A stretch of 64,000 bases of DNA from Eledone cirrhosa (GCA_964016885.1 OZ024742.1:38812001-38876000); one strand, 5' to 3'. Positions 24,452 through 38,950 are shown, numbered from the stretch's first letter. The notes: generated by a model from the letters alone, not told the origin. A program made the numbers and translations.

Positions 24452-25410
24452 AATCTTCGCATCTTCAACTCCAACGTGAAGGCGGTACTGCTGTACGGAT
24501 GTAAAACTTGGAGGACAACAAAAAAGATGAAGCAGAAGACATTCTTGAACATCTGTCTGAGGTGCATCTATAACATCAAATGGCCGGAGAAGATCAGAAA
24601 CAAAGATCTGTGGGAACGAGGGGGATAGGAACTAGTGGCAAAGCAGATTCTGCAGAGGAAGTCTTACGCAAATTACAGCAAAGACTTGGCTCTAAGAAGG
24701 ATTGTTGGGGTACGGAATCGCAAGAAGGAGACAGCAATTGTATTAATAGATTTCAAGAAGGCTTTTGATTCGATCCACTGAAAGAAGATACTCAGACTTC
24801 TTGTGCGTGGGGTGGGATATCTCATTACATGGCGAATGGAATTAAAATCATGTATGAGAATATTTCAGAACTTATGACACCCGAAGGAAACTCAGACCAT
24901 TGATACCGGATTCCTCCAGGGAGATCCTTTGGTCCCTTTTCTTTTTGTGATATGTCTTGATTATACACTGTGTAATGCCACTGCACCATCAGACGAGATA
25001 ATGCAGAAAAGTCGGCAAAGTATCCGACAAACGGAGGAAGTTCTACCTGAATTGGTTTACGAAGATGACATAGCTCTCCTGGAAAACAATTGCAAAAGAG
25101 CTGCTGACGTGTGGAGGCTGCAGTACAGTCCATTTGGTTCTTCTTGAATGCTGTCAAAATAAAATTCATGCATCTCAATGTAACATCAGAGCCCCGCGAG
25201 TTGGAGTGGCTTTTCCAGCGCGTCTCCCTTGCCGTCCTCCGGGGAAACGCCTTCTCCATTCTGTCCATCGCGTACCGTTGTAGTTGTTGTATACGAATGA
25301 ACAAATGCATGCGTTAGACGGTTCAAAGAAGTGGATGACTTCTTATACCTTGGCAGTTCTATGAAGACAGAGCACGATGTGGCCACCAGGATAGGTAACA
25401 TGACTTATAA
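24452..25410 (+). pseudogene. Rearranged RTE-clade LINE RT fragments
   Basis: IFNSNVKAVLLYGCKTW, IDFKKAFDSIH, LQGDPLVPFLFVICLDY, VYEDDIALL, DDFLYLGS. Confidence 0.8.
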
Positions 25411-25639
25411 CCTGAAATTCTTCCCCAAGTATATGATTTGAAAGTGGATTGAGCTGCCCTAGCTGCATTGCAGGATGCTAAAGTGTTAAATTGGTGCTCA
25501 TGTAAATGAAGGGGTTAAGTGACTTAAGTAATGTGACAACAAAAACTGATAACTTTGCTTGATAGTAAAGTCGGTGATATATAGTGGTGGTTGGGACGAG
25601 GAAAGTCGTGATGGAGACATTATCAAGTAAACGTGTTCA

Positions 25640-25684
<45 letters not shown>

Positions 25685-25723
25685 ACACACACACACACAC
25701 ACATTCACACACACACACTCACA

Positions 25724-25804
<81 letters not shown>

Positions 25805-26293
25805 TCACACACAGAAATTCACACACATACACAAACAGCCCATATGACATAAGGAGTTGTTTTCATATGTTAAAACTTCATTGACGAAAGAAAGGAAGAG
25901 CAGAAGGGAATTAAAAGCCAACGAAATAAGGTTTATATCAGCGATCTATTTAAATGATGTGTTTGTTAATGTGATGTATTTCAGGATGATAAATGATATC
26001 CCACTCAAAGAGCCGTTATATATTTTTTTGTTTAAATAAAACAACCTTCGTAATAACCACCAGATGAAGTGTGTGTATCAAGTTTATCTGGAAAATACAC
26101 ACATGTTGCACAGTTGTGCAGGCATGGAACTATATCAACTTTCTTCCTTCAGCTTTCCTTTCTCAAAGCATTCTCATATCTAATAATTGCATGTTTACAC
26201 ATTCTCTCTATCTCTCTTCATCTCTCAGTCTTTTTTCTCACTTTGTCTTTCTCTTACTTTTTCTTACAGTTTATTTCTGTCAGTCTCCTCCCC

Positions 26294-26397
<104 letters not shown>

Positions 26398-27821
26398 GTG
26401 TGTGTATGTATGTGTGTGTAAACAGGTTGGATATCACTAATCTGGCAAGCATGGGGCTTGATAGGAGCCGGAGTAGCAGATGTTCCGAACCAATTAAATT
26501 TTGAGCCAAAATGGCCAATCATGCATATATTATACCGTATTAATGATACCGATACAGCATACATAGGCTGCTCCTTTGGCACAAGTTTACTGTGACGCAA
26601 TACTAAAAAATGGGAGGAAAATAGGCCTACTAATACCGGTAAAACATTACCTAAAAATATTAACAAAAAGCAATAATTATTTACCTTAACAGTAAATCCG
26701 CCCAAAATGATTTTGTTTTTACATATAATTTAAATCAAAGCTGAGTACAGGTATTATCTAGTAAGTCAACATCTGCGTCATTGTCTATGACGTCTGGAGC
26801 TGGGGAGGTGCTGGAAAGGGGATTATGGATGTTGTTACGGTGTTGTTGGGCATCCTTGTGCTTAGTCCTCCGAAACATCTCTTGTAGTGTTATCCGTTTC
26901 ATGTATTTAGGCTTTTTTTAAACAAGAACTTCTCGTATCAAATACATACACCCATCACTTGTTACTCAGATATAACATTTGTTTGCTCAAGCGCTATGGG
27001 AGAAGAAGAGGGAGAAGTTATGCGGGAGAGAAAGAGAAAAGCAGACAGATATATAAATAGAAAATGCGTCGTTACCTCATCAACTTCCAGCTATACGAAT
27101 GGTTTCGCGCGGTGTCGGAAGGACAGTTCTTTTTACAGGTATACTTGCGTTTGAGCTACTCATAATTCTATAAATCCACATTCCCTCAGCGCTTCAGATC
27201 GATTATTCGATACATATGTTTATTTACATCTACACGAGCCATGAATCAGCTTTCAAATAGACGGAAATCAGTTCAAGGACTTTCAACCTATTTTTTTTTT
27301 TTACCCCTTTTCTCCTTTCCCTGCCTGTCTTTGGTCTCACGGCCGCTCGCTGCTGCTGTTACTTCTGCTGTCAGCCCCGTTAGCTGCTGCCACTAGTTTC
27401 GCCCCCAGACAAGACTAACCCTTTTTCAATTGAACATGGCTATGAACGGAGATGTTTTTCTCTTGCGTCAGAGCAGCAGATATACTTATATTCTTCTGTG
27501 AGGAGCTATCCTAAAATAAACTGTCCTTTCGACACCGTTCGGATAAATGGAAACTGACGAGGCAATGAAGTATTTTCTATTTCTATATCTGTCAGCTTTT
27601 CTCTCTCTTCCTCTTCTTCTCTCACAGTCGCTCGCTGCCGTTTCTAGCGGTCACTGATCCTTTTTTTCGTCTCTAGCGTATTTTACTCGAATTTCTATGC
27701 TATGATTATTATTTATAGCAACCAGCTGTTTTACAGTTATTTCTGCGTTTGAACTCCTCACAATACTATAAACCCATATTCCATCAGGGCTTCACATCGA
27801 TTATTCGATACCTGTTATGTT

Positions 27822-27861
<40 letters not shown>

Positions 27862-27899
27862 CACGCACGCACGCACACACACACACACACACACACACA

Positions 27900-28560
27900 T
27901 TGTCAAGGACAATGTTGTCATGAACCAGATGGGTTGATGCTGGTCATAGGGTCAGCAGGGAAGACGGAAGGCTGCCTAAACAGTTATTTTACGGGGAGCT
28001 GATCAGAGGAAAAAAAGCCACAGCATAAACCAAAGAAGCGGTTTAAAGCTCTGAAGATTGATATGGAAAACTGGGAGACATTGGTTTAAGTCGTAACATC
28101 ACGGAGATTGATTATTAAGTATTGATGTGATGTCTTTGAGAAGAATCGAGTTGAACATACTGCTTTGAAGTGTTCATTCCATATGAGGGACCCAAGTGTA
28201 GTACCTACAAAAATCCAGCAGGAATTGAGGTGCAATGTATGTGACCGATTTATTCTACCAAGAGCTGGATTTGTCAACCATCTGAAGTCACACGAGCCGG
28301 AAAGAAATGGAGCCAACTGTGAGATGGTTCTACCGTCACACCTTCAACGGCACACTTGCAATGATTGTAACTTAATTTATAAGTCAGCTGATGGACCGAC
28401 CAACCATGGTAGGATGTATGAAAACACACACCAGCCCGTAATGCCAGTGACAGACAGTTCAAATGTCACAGCTGTAATCGAGCCTGCAAAACAAAAGCGG
28501 GTTTGAAAAGTCACATGCATACACATAGTCGTGTAATGTTCAATGAAGGGATGACACCTA
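27900..28560 (+). pseudogene. 3' end of an RTE-like LINE with C2H2 zinc-finger remnants
   Basis: GHRVS..DGRLPKQLFYGEL-like segment; CNVCDRFILPRAGFVNHLKSH, CNDCNLIYKSADGPTNH. Confidence 0.7.
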
Positions 28561-28573
28561 TTCTGACAAGAAG

Positions 28574-28651
<78 letters not shown>

Positions 28652-31479
28652 AATATATATGAATATATAAACACACACTCACACACACATACACACACAC
28701 ACATACATATGTAATCAGATATATGCATAATTTCATGCACATTCACAAATACATTTATACATGTATGTAGTGAGTGTCTGCTGCACCCTACGCCATCTGA
28801 TCTTTAAGCAGGGCACACCCAAAACAGTAATGAGATTACAACATTAACATTCTCAAGATACAAACCGACACATTCTTAGATTCTTTTCTTTCCGGAAGTA
28901 GACAACGTATGTCTGTATGTTGTTTTTGTTTTCGGCCCCATGATGCTGCTGTCTCTTATACACCCTAGCTTCTGATGTTTATTTAATTTAATTTAATGTT
29001 GGTGTTGGTATTGTTGGTGTTGTTAAATAGTGTCGCCATCTTTGTTGATGTTGTTGATATAAACTCATTTCTGCTTCTGCGAACAAAAAATAACCTTAGT
29101 TTAGAATTACAAAGGGAAATAACTCTATTCTCTGACAATAATGATGGCGGATGCACCGTCGATTTCGATGATAAGTATTTAGTGATTTCATCAACTGAAT
29201 GTACAGTCCTTAAATTAACGTGTAAGTGGTTTCCACAAACACGTGTACCCTTAATTCCGAAACCGAATCAGTGTGAGACCATACACGACAAGGAAGGACC
29301 TTCGTAATTCAGGTACTAGTGCAATCTATCCGACGGGCTCATATAGAGTTTCTGTCAACCTAATTTCAGTCGTAAAGCTTGTGTTGATACGAGGCTGTAT
29401 CCAAATAGTTTCCTCTGCAAAACACCAGATAGATATTTCTTCTTGGTCTCTGTGGACAGAATTGCCAATGCTTTAATACGAAGGTAAGGAGGGAATATGC
29501 GCCGAAAGAGCCAGTCCAAATAGGATCAGGGGACCCAGAATGCCAGATGTTTCCATTGTCCTTGTGGGATTGACGAAGAACTTATCGGAGAGCCGCCGCT
29601 ACATTGATAGTTGTGGTTGATTTTAATGGTGGTATGGTTGTTTAGCCGTAGGTCAGCTCTAATTGAAAAGCCCTTATGAGCAAAGACATTTTAGTAGTGA
29701 CTATCCCGTATTTTTCATGGTGTCTGTAGGTCTACATTATCTAATGTGTTTTTCTTATTTAATTCTGTAATGAAAGAGTCAATCTATGATTTTCAAATAA
29801 TTTTGAAAATAATCAAGATTTTTTCCTTCTGAGGTGGGGGGCGAAGGGCACTTAGTAATATAATTCATTTTGTCATTATTAAGCTGGTGTTTGGAACTTA
29901 ACTCAACAAGGTTCTTACATTAAAGTATGATGGACTATAAGATCAGTCTTTTATATGTGAAGATATTAGGTTATTTAGTATGTATGATAAAATAAAGTAG
30001 TATTTCAACAATCAACGATAAATGAAAATTGTATGAAATATTGAAACAGAGGCATAGAGAAGAAGCAAAAGAAAGCATACGCGGAATAAAAGTAATAGAA
30101 ATATAGGAAGAAAGAGCAAGCAAGCGATAGGTTTCCTTCGTAGATGTCGACGATAAGTCTTTCAGTTGTTCGTTCATCGGGACAGCCTTCTCTTATGTAG
30201 CTCAGTATTTCACAGATAGCGTAAATCTCAGGGAGATTCAACGTAACACGATGTCATCGGTTAAGATATTTTTTAAAACGTTAATTACACTGACAATGGA
30301 CCTCCGTCGGATAATACTATGACTGTTATTCCACTTGTATAATCAACGGGACCACCTGCTCGTGAAAATTAACGTGGAAGTGGTTAAAATTCCTCAGAAA
30401 CGTGTATCCTTAACGTCATTCTCAGGGAGATTCAGAGTGACACAGTGTGTGACAAAGATGGCCCTTTGAATTACACGTACAGTCTCTCCGACGAGCATCC
30501 AAGCAGTTTTCGTAAACCCAGTTTCACTCACAAAGCATGGACCGATTCCCGACTATGGTAAGTGACACTTGACCAATACGCCGGACAGTGGAATCGAATC
30601 TTGGACCCAATAATTGAGAAGAGAACGTCTTAACTATTCGACTATGTTGCCTTTATAACAAGCAAGGACGCAAGAAAGACTGAGATGAAATAAGGAAGCC
30701 GTGAGTGTGGAATAAAATTGATATGAAAGCTTTAGCTGTTAATAGAATGATTTTCAAACATCATGTTATTAATTGAATATGTTTCTCGTAGTGCTCTTTA
30801 AATTAATGTTATTTAATTCCTTTGAAAGAAGTGAGAATCACTCCGTTTAACAATTATCATCCATGCTACATAGTTAATTTAATTAATTTCTCTTTTGTGA
30901 TTAATAGGCTGAAATCCTATGTATATTGGCTAGATAAGGTTAATTAAGATAAGTAGATAGATAGAAAGATAGATACACATAGAGCCCTTAATGCCTAGTG
31001 GAGTCATAGAGGTTCTGCTATGACATACTTGGGTATTATACACCTAACGGAGCCCATCCTTCACCAGATTTGAAGACTCTTGATTTCTTCCAGACTTCCA
31101 GCATATATTTATATCATTGTGGTTTAATTAATGTTTATCAAATTAATTATTCTTAGTACTGTAAATGATTTGGTTCTTTATATTTCAAGTCTTAAACACG
31201 TTGTATATATATACAATAATAGAAACTAAATTAAATTAAGTGGAAAATCTTAAAATAAACTAAACTTGGTGTTATATATTTCAAAGTTCTATCATAAAAA
31301 TTATATAAAAAGAAGAAAAAAGACAACATTGTTCATGATAAAACTTTCTTATCTTAATCAATACACTGGTAATGACATCTTAACTGACATAGACAAAAAT
31401 GTGACGGGGGATATACCACTGGAGGAAGTTTGAGAAGTTGAGGATTTAGAATATAAAGTAGATGATGTTGGACCACTGT

Positions 31480-31745
31480 CATTTCCGATGATGAGCGTTC
31501 CAGTTCCTTGATCAACTGAGCAACCTGCTCGTGAAATTAACGTGCAAATGGCTGAATATTCCATTGATATGAGTACCATTGACGTAATTATCAGGGAGAT
31601 TCAGCGTGATACAGTGTATAACAAAGCTGGCCCTTTGAAATACAGGCACAACTCAGTTTTGCTAGCTGAGTGAACTGTAGCTCCGTGAAGTAAAGCGTCT
31701 TGCTCAAGATAAAACGCGCCACCGAGAATCGAACTAACAATCTTA
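31480..31745 (-). mobile_element. Second tRNA-derived SINE family (copies at about 22440-22718, 30330-30480, 39470-39690)
   Basis: Shared CAGGGAGATTCAGCGTGA, GCTGAGTG(G/A)ACTG, TTGCTCAAG and reverse B-box AATCGAAC. Confidence 0.7.
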
Positions 31746-32019
31746 TGTGCCTATCAGACACTAGATGTAACCATGTACAATAGATATCTCATTTAGGTGA
31801 CCGTTGTTTCTTTGTGAGTCATAAATCATTTGAGGGGTTTTGTGTTCAGCCATTGGATTCTACTTGCTTTTTAATCTGGCAAGCTAAATGAGGAGTTATT
31901 TTAGTAAACAACTGTTCTATCCACGAACAGACACCATAAAATACAATCTTAATAATAATAAAAAAAAGAAACAATATAGTAATGTGCTAGAATTCAGTAA
32001 CCAGAAGAAGGTAAGTGGG

Positions 32020-32520
32020 TGTAAAAGCCAAACTTTTATTTTCAATTTGGTATTCGTGCCAACCCTTACACATGGTCATGAATTTTGGGTAATAACTGAA
32101 AGAATACGATCACGAATACAAGCAGCCGAAATGGGGTTCATCCGAGGGGTTTAGGTGTAATATTACTCGTTAGAGTGCGTAGCTCGGAGATCAGAAAGTC
32201 ACTCCAGGTAGAGCTGTTACTTCTCTGAATTGAGGGATCACAGCTCCTGTACTATGTCCTATGTGGTTAGAATGTCTCAGGAAAGAATTGCTGGACACAT
32301 TTTACGGGCAAAAACCAACCGGCAGAAGACCCAGGGAGAAGACCCCGAGCAAGATGGCTGGAAAATATCCATGCGCTCGGCTGGTCTTGCTTGGGGATCC
32401 AGGCAGATTTGTTGGAGACACTTGCTTCTGATAGGACCCGCTGGGGACTCTACTCCCACAACCCTCTCAGGAATAAGTGGACGAAGAAGAAGAAGAAGAA
32501 GAAGAAGAAGAAGAAGAAGA
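32020..32520 (+). pseudogene. 3' fragment of an RTE-like LINE with (GAA)n tail
   Basis: FVPTLTHGHEFWVITERIRSRIQAAEMGFIR. Confidence 0.8.
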
Positions 32521-33491
32521 TGGTGATGATGATGATGGTGATGATAGTGATGATAGTGATGATATGATGATGTGATGATAGTGACGATGATGATGATCGT
32601 GCTGATCTGACGATGATGATGATGATAGCGATGATGAAGAAGAAATAGAAGAAACACATATACACAATAGCGATTACTTATTCACATTTTCTATTAGAAG
32701 TAAACCGATTGCGGATCTGCTCTACTAATACAGATAATGTATGTTTGCATTCAAATTTCCTTACGATCTATCAAGTAAATGATCATTTATTGTTGTCATA
32801 TTCATATATTTATTTGGAAGAAAGTTACAATCTGGTTAAACATCAGAGGTGTTGTTGACATAAGGTTTAAAGATCAATTTAGAAGGAGATATTTTAACTT
32901 TCGGCAGAACTAATATTTTAACCTTTGCTTTTCTTTGACATAATTGATAGACATTTTACTCATGGTATAAATATCACAGAAAAGTGTCTTCTAGAAATAT
33001 TCATATAAAATCTATTGGGTCGATGGAAATAGTTGAAGAATGCTGTTATTTCTGTCTATGATTTACGTATACTTGCAACTATAGAAATATTTTCAACACT
33101 TTAGTGATGATAAATGTAATGAGATAACTTTCTACATTTCAAACAGTGAATACATACATTTCAATTTGTGTCTTGTTAGAGGGATGGATATATCGACCAT
33201 AATAATACACTGTGTGTTTTTATATACATTTATCTTTGTCTGTAACCCTTTAAACACACACACACACAAACGCACACATACACACACAATATATATATAT
33301 ATCAGTCATGTTTCTACAATAAGAAGTTCGCTTTCCAGTCATAAGATCCTGATTTCTAATCCTACATCTGTCCCTGTAAATAGTTATTTCACCAAAGTTA
33401 CTCATATATTTAATGTTAATTTCACGAGCAGGGTATTCCATTTACCGAATTAACTGGAACACTCGTCGTCGCAACTGACAGAGGTCCCAAA

Positions 33492-33631
<140 letters not shown>

Positions 33632-33994
33632 TTATATTATCCAGGTCGATTAAACCAGTAAAGCGTTAAACACGTAATTCATTGCAGTATTCAATTCCAT
33701 TTTTTAAAGTTTTTAATTCAAACGCCGCGGTGGTCAATTATATCTTTTATTCTTTCGAGGTTGATAAAATAAGTATCGCCTAATTAGTGAGGTCGATTTA
33801 AATGACACTTCACGAAAATGTGTAGCCAATATTAAAAATCATTATTCGTTTCATCTATAATTCAATTAAACACTTACCTATAGATTTCACACATCATTTG
33901 TAACAAAAAATAAGAATAACATTAGAATGGTCGCTTCCGACAATGTGAGTTGCAGTTGTTTGATAAACGGAACAGCCTGCTTCGGAAATTAATG

Positions 33995-34190
33995 CAGACC
34001 TGCCAACCTCTAAAAACCAAAACGGGGAGTACCATGAAAAAAAGTACCCCCAAAACGGGGAGAAATGAGGCAACATGAGGAGATTTCACATAATGAAAGT
34101 TATACCCATTTTCACGAGAGAAGACAACTCTCACCCACTCCAAAGTGTGTGGGAGATCTCCCCGTCCGACGGGGAGAGTTGACAGGTTTG
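33995..34190 (+). mobile_element. About 195-bp MITE, 6-bp TSD TTAATG
   Basis: TIRs CAGACCTGCCAAC / GTTGACAGGTTTG; TTAATG on both sides. Confidence 0.85.
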
Positions 34191-34367
34191 TTAATGTGTC
34201 AGTAGCTGTCAGCGTGACAGACACCATGTGTTACAAGCTGACTCTTTAACTTATAGGAGTAATCTATCCAACGGGCTTCCAAACAGTTTCAGTCTAACCA
34301 ATTTCACTTACAAGGCATAGGTTGACCTGAGATGTCATGCTGTAGGATCGAACCCGAGACCTAATGA

Positions 34368-34562
34368 CAGACTTGTCAACTCACCCCGTCCGACGGGGAG
34401 ATCTTCCATCCACTCTGGGATGAGTGAGAGATGTCTTCTCTTGTGAAAATGGGTATAGCTTTCATTATGTAAAATCTCTCCATTTTGCCCCATTCATCCT
34501 CTTTTCGGGGTACCTTTTTTCATGGAATTCCTCGTTTGGGTTTTTAGAGGTTGGCAGGTCTG
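34368..34562 (-). mobile_element. Same MITE, 6-bp TSD TAATGA
   Basis: Reverse complement of 33995-34190; TAATGA on both sides. Confidence 0.85.
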
Positions 34563-35419
34563 TAATGATTTCCAAGCAAATTTATTAATTATTCAACTAC
34601 GCTGCGTCCACACGAATGCCACAAACCGCATCAGTAACATAAACATTAAAGAATTAATAACAAACGTTGATGTCTCTGATAAGAGGTAGACAACACATTA
34701 CTGAAAAACTGGTTTGAAACAATCTTAGTGACTTTGTCACTGTCCATCGATACTAGACAAGAAATTTCAGAAAATACCCCAAACCATAAATCAACAGAAT
34801 ATATGTGCATCTTGATAACATATCATGACTGGATTTAACTCAGTGATTTCAACTCAAGAATCAAAGACTACTCTTAAATAGATTTATTATATTGTAATAA
34901 AGTTTTAGAATTGTAGAGAAGTGAAGATAAGGTAATAAAACAGTCTTACATGAATATCTTAAAGGCATAAGCAATAACGTTGGTTGTATATAGGATCTAA
35001 AACCACTATGTTCTTATAGAGGCTATCCATAAGCTTTATAGCACTATGTGTTCCAATGTAAAAACTACCACCCTAAGAGTGATGACGCTTTAAAGCTGGT
35101 CTTTAAAAAATTACCAGGGTTGAAGCTGTGTTTTATTGTCAAGGATCTACCTACAATAAACAATATCTTCCAATACGTAGAGACTCCGAAAAGATTCAAC
35201 AACAAACATTTAACTGCTTTTGCTATTCTTCTTTTTCACCCTTTTATTTTTGTTTCGTTTGCCTTCTTTCTGTCTTTGTCTCTCCTTTACTTTTGTTTCT
35301 TAATTATAAAGCATGTTAGATATCAGTCCCATTCTGTTATGATTTACCAGTTATATATAAGGGGTATTAGATACCTTTTCTGGTCTGTCATGGCTTGACA
35401 GGATGACAAGCAAATACCG

Positions 35420-35625
35420 GGACTTGACCGATTCTTTTTTGCACCAGTCGCCTTTGAGACCTCAAGCGTCCTCGGACCACGTACAGTCGAACTCCTTCGT
35501 AAAATCAGAACGACAGCAGCCCGCCTGAGGAAGGAGCCAGGCGAAGTGGGGTGGTTGTTGCAGCAGGTATCGCTGGCCATCGTCCGCAGAAATGCCTTTG
35601 CAATTTTGTCCACGGGGCGTAGCCG
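35420..35625 (+). pseudogene. C-terminal endonuclease fragment of a CRE-like non-LTR retrotransposon
   Basis: Own translation: DRFFFAPVAFETSSVLGPRTVELLRKI..EPGEVGWLLQQVSLAIVRRNAFAIL. Confidence 0.7.
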
Positions 35626-36436
35626 AAACACCGTTCCGACCTAAGTGTAGAGTCTGTCATCTTCTTCCTTCCTCCTTTCTTTTTTTCCTTGCCTGATAGA
35701 CCTTGCTCTTTCTCTCCTTTTCCTCTCATTTCTGGCATTTATAGTCTTTTCCTTTACTTTCCTATGTAACTACATCTACCCTTCTTTAACCCTTCTCCTA
35801 TTCTTTCATTACTTAATTTTGTTTCTATCATTTTTTTTATATTTTCATCATTGTATAACTTTTGTTCAATAAATACAAGGATTTATAATATGTAAGATGT
35901 ATTAGGTACCTTTCTCAGTCTTCCATGGCTTACCAGCTGTATATAAAGGATATTAGGTATCTTTCCCAGTCTGTTATGACTTGCCAGCTTTACACGAACG
36001 ATTAAATTGTTTAATTAGAATAAAATAAAACAGTTGGGGTTTCACTTTAATGAATACATGTTAGCGCATCATAGTACGCTCGACTCGACAACCAACCTAC
36101 AATGAAGGTTAATTCGTGGTAATGGTACTTACTGTAAAAAGGTAGAGGACCCTTAACTCGAACCTGTTTCGTTGGGTCATCGTCATTACACACATCATAT
36201 CTTGGGCAATATTTACTACCTGGAGGAGTCCATCCTTCTCCATGTCGGATGACAGCCGATTTATTTCCGAGAGAGAGAATCGACCCTAGTACTGGATAGA
36301 TAGTTTATTGACCTCGATAAATTGAAAGGCAATGTTGAGCTCAGCGGGATTTGAACTCAAAGTACTGGGAGCCGGAACAAACACCATCGCTCGAACGACT
36401 CTGCCAATTACCCGCCTTTGTAATCCCATGGTGAGA

Positions 36437-36508
36437 CCATAACATCTACTTTTTCCATGTTTGAAAATAAATGTTTATTTTCAAACATGGAAAAAGTAGA
36501 TGTTATGG
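36437..36508. repeat. Perfect 35-bp-arm palindrome with 2-nt spacer
   Basis: CCATAACATCTACTTTTTCCATGTTTGAAAATAAA tg TTTATTTTCAAACATGGAAAAAGTAGATGTTATGG. Confidence 0.95.
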
Positions 36509-37959
36509 ATGAGACTATGAATCCTCACGTAGGCACAGGCATAGCTGTATAATTAAGAAATTTGCTTCGTAACCCCTTGGTTTCAGTTCAGTCTCACTGA
36601 GTGGGTCCTTGGCCACGTGTTAATCGCTTTGGGTTGACCAATACTTTGTGAGTGGAATTTGGTGGTGTGGTCGGAAACTGCAGAAACCCAATGTCTATAT
36701 GTCTATATTTGAATTTTGAAAGTATGTCAGTTCATTGTAAGCTAATATATTTTACCAAGTTATCGCCTTTATCTACACACTATAATATCAAAATATCATC
36801 AACTGATTTTCCGGTTAGAATTTCTCTATATTTAACGGTAGCTCTTCGATCGTGTAAACAGAGAAAAGGGAAAAGCAAACAAAATAAAAAGAAGCTACCA
36901 AATAGATACACGTAACGTTTATCTTGCAGGAGTAAAAATTTGGTTAAAACTCACAAAAATATAACATCTGCAATAGACAGTTCTGTTTGTCATTGAAGCT
37001 AAGTTTAAGTTAAAGTTTTCTATTACTTCCAGAATTAACTTTGCCATTGTGTATAATCTTCACAGACAAATCTTCTATTCCTGTTTCTATTTTCGCAATT
37101 TAATCAACGATTTCACTTAAGAAACTCAATTGATCATGTCGATTTATAAATAAATACTTCTGCTGCCGATAAAAAGTTTCGTTGCAACAACAATAGAACT
37201 ATTATTTTTTGTGTTTTCATTCCTCTCCCCCACCCGAGGGTGATGAATTGGCACAAGATTAGAGTATCGTTGCAGTATTTCCTTTAGCTCTTTGGGTCAT
37301 GAGTTCGAATCTAGCCGAGGTCAACTTTGCTTTGACTTCTATGGTCGATAAAATATTGTACCTGCGCTTTTTTATTCGATGCAGCGGTTTAATCAGCAAT
37401 TTTATCTCTGATGTGTATATGGTTCATCAACACACACGCACACACATGTACGACGGACATCTATAAATGTGAAGACATGTGACCAAGTTCAATTCCTAGA
37501 TCGGGCGGTACGTTGTGTTCTTGAGTAAAATACTTTATTTCATGTTGCTCCTTCTACTGGGTGTTGCGACATGCAGATGGTATCAACACTGAAGAGACCA
37601 ATCAAAACATAATTTCTGATACAGTGTTCCCATATATGTTGTATTTTCGTGATTTGGTAGTCAGTAGGAGCATTATATTCATGACTGCGAAAATGACTTT
37701 CTTACCAGCCTTGCTGAAACAGAGTCAGTTACAGATTTCGGATTTTAAACCATAGACATCACCATTTTGTTACGGTAAATCGACAGCAAGTCTGTTTCGG
37801 AAATCCCTTTCAAATTCTTCATATTGTACCCGAGATGTCTCAAAAACAATTGTTCCTCGGTAGACCATCTTTCTCCATTTACTTCTATCAAAGGCATCAA
37901 TATCCCATGTTGCAATATTGATGTTAGCTCGTATAAGTGACTCTTACGGACAGTCCCTA

Positions 37960-38950
37960 TATCTCTTCCTGGGCTTATGAGGTGGTCGCTTTCCCTCGGC
38001 CCGTTCTCCGTACAACATCCACTTAGGAAGCCGGCTGTCAATCATGCGCACTCTGTGACTACTCCATCTCAGCATGTTTTTTTTAAGAACCATAGATACG
38101 ATAATCCTACACAATACCTTCTCTCAAAAACCTCGCTATCACTTACATGGCGTCTCCAATCAATTCCAGCAATCCGTCTGAGACTCATTTGGCGAAATCT
38201 TTTAAGCTGCTTGTAGTGATCCCCGTAAGTTACCCATATTTCACAAGCATTCAGTAATGATGTGAGAACACATGCATTGTACACTTTTACTTTCGTCTCC
38301 AGTGAGATCCCATGTTGAGACCATAGACGCACTTCAAGCTTTCCAAAAGCACGGCTTGCTTTCTGAACCCCGAGATTCACTTCATCATTCGTGTTGCAAG
38401 ACTTGTTTACAGTGCTTCCAAAGTAAACAAACTTTTCTACTACTCCAAGGCGCTTCCTATACACAAAGATATTAGGCTCTCTGTATCGGTTTCCAGGCGT
38501 AGATTACAGTATCACCACAGTTTTATTGAGTTTTATTGTCAGCCCCAAGGCAGTGCATGCCTCCTCGAAAGCATCCATTAGGTGTTGCATATCCTCCTCA
38601 CAGTCATTGGCATAGAACGAATACCTCACCAATTTCAAAAATACCTTTGTTAGCGTATACGCTAACAAAGGCCACTTCAGCATCTCTTCTTAACTTTTCT
38701 ACTTTGCCTTTTCAAAAGAAAGTGTAGTCATCAGCGCATTCCTTTATGTGACCTTCACTCGACAAACGACTTTCTGAAAGAGCAACATTGTCCAGATTGT
38801 AGCGAGGTAGCTCTTTGGCTACAAGAGCTGATCACATCTCAGGACATTCCAAAGACGTAGTGTCAGGAAGTGTACTCACATTCCAATGACCAATATTTAG
38901 AGGTTTCAAGGGTCTTAATGGTTTCAAAGGTTTCACCACAGTATTGAGAT
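37960..38950 (-). pseudogene. Internally deleted RTE-like LINE
   Basis: VEKFVYFGST, KASRAFGKL, TKVKVYNACVLTSLLNACEIW; APE start LNIGHWNVSTL near 38870-38900. Confidence 0.8.

Noticed and set aside
27513-27575. Hammerhead at CTGACGAGG
   Set aside because: No GAAA at a suitable downstream position on the same strand.
33995-34562. One 570-bp element with 195-bp TIRs
   Set aside because: Each arm has its own TIRs and its own distinct TSD, and a solo copy exists at 47188-47381.
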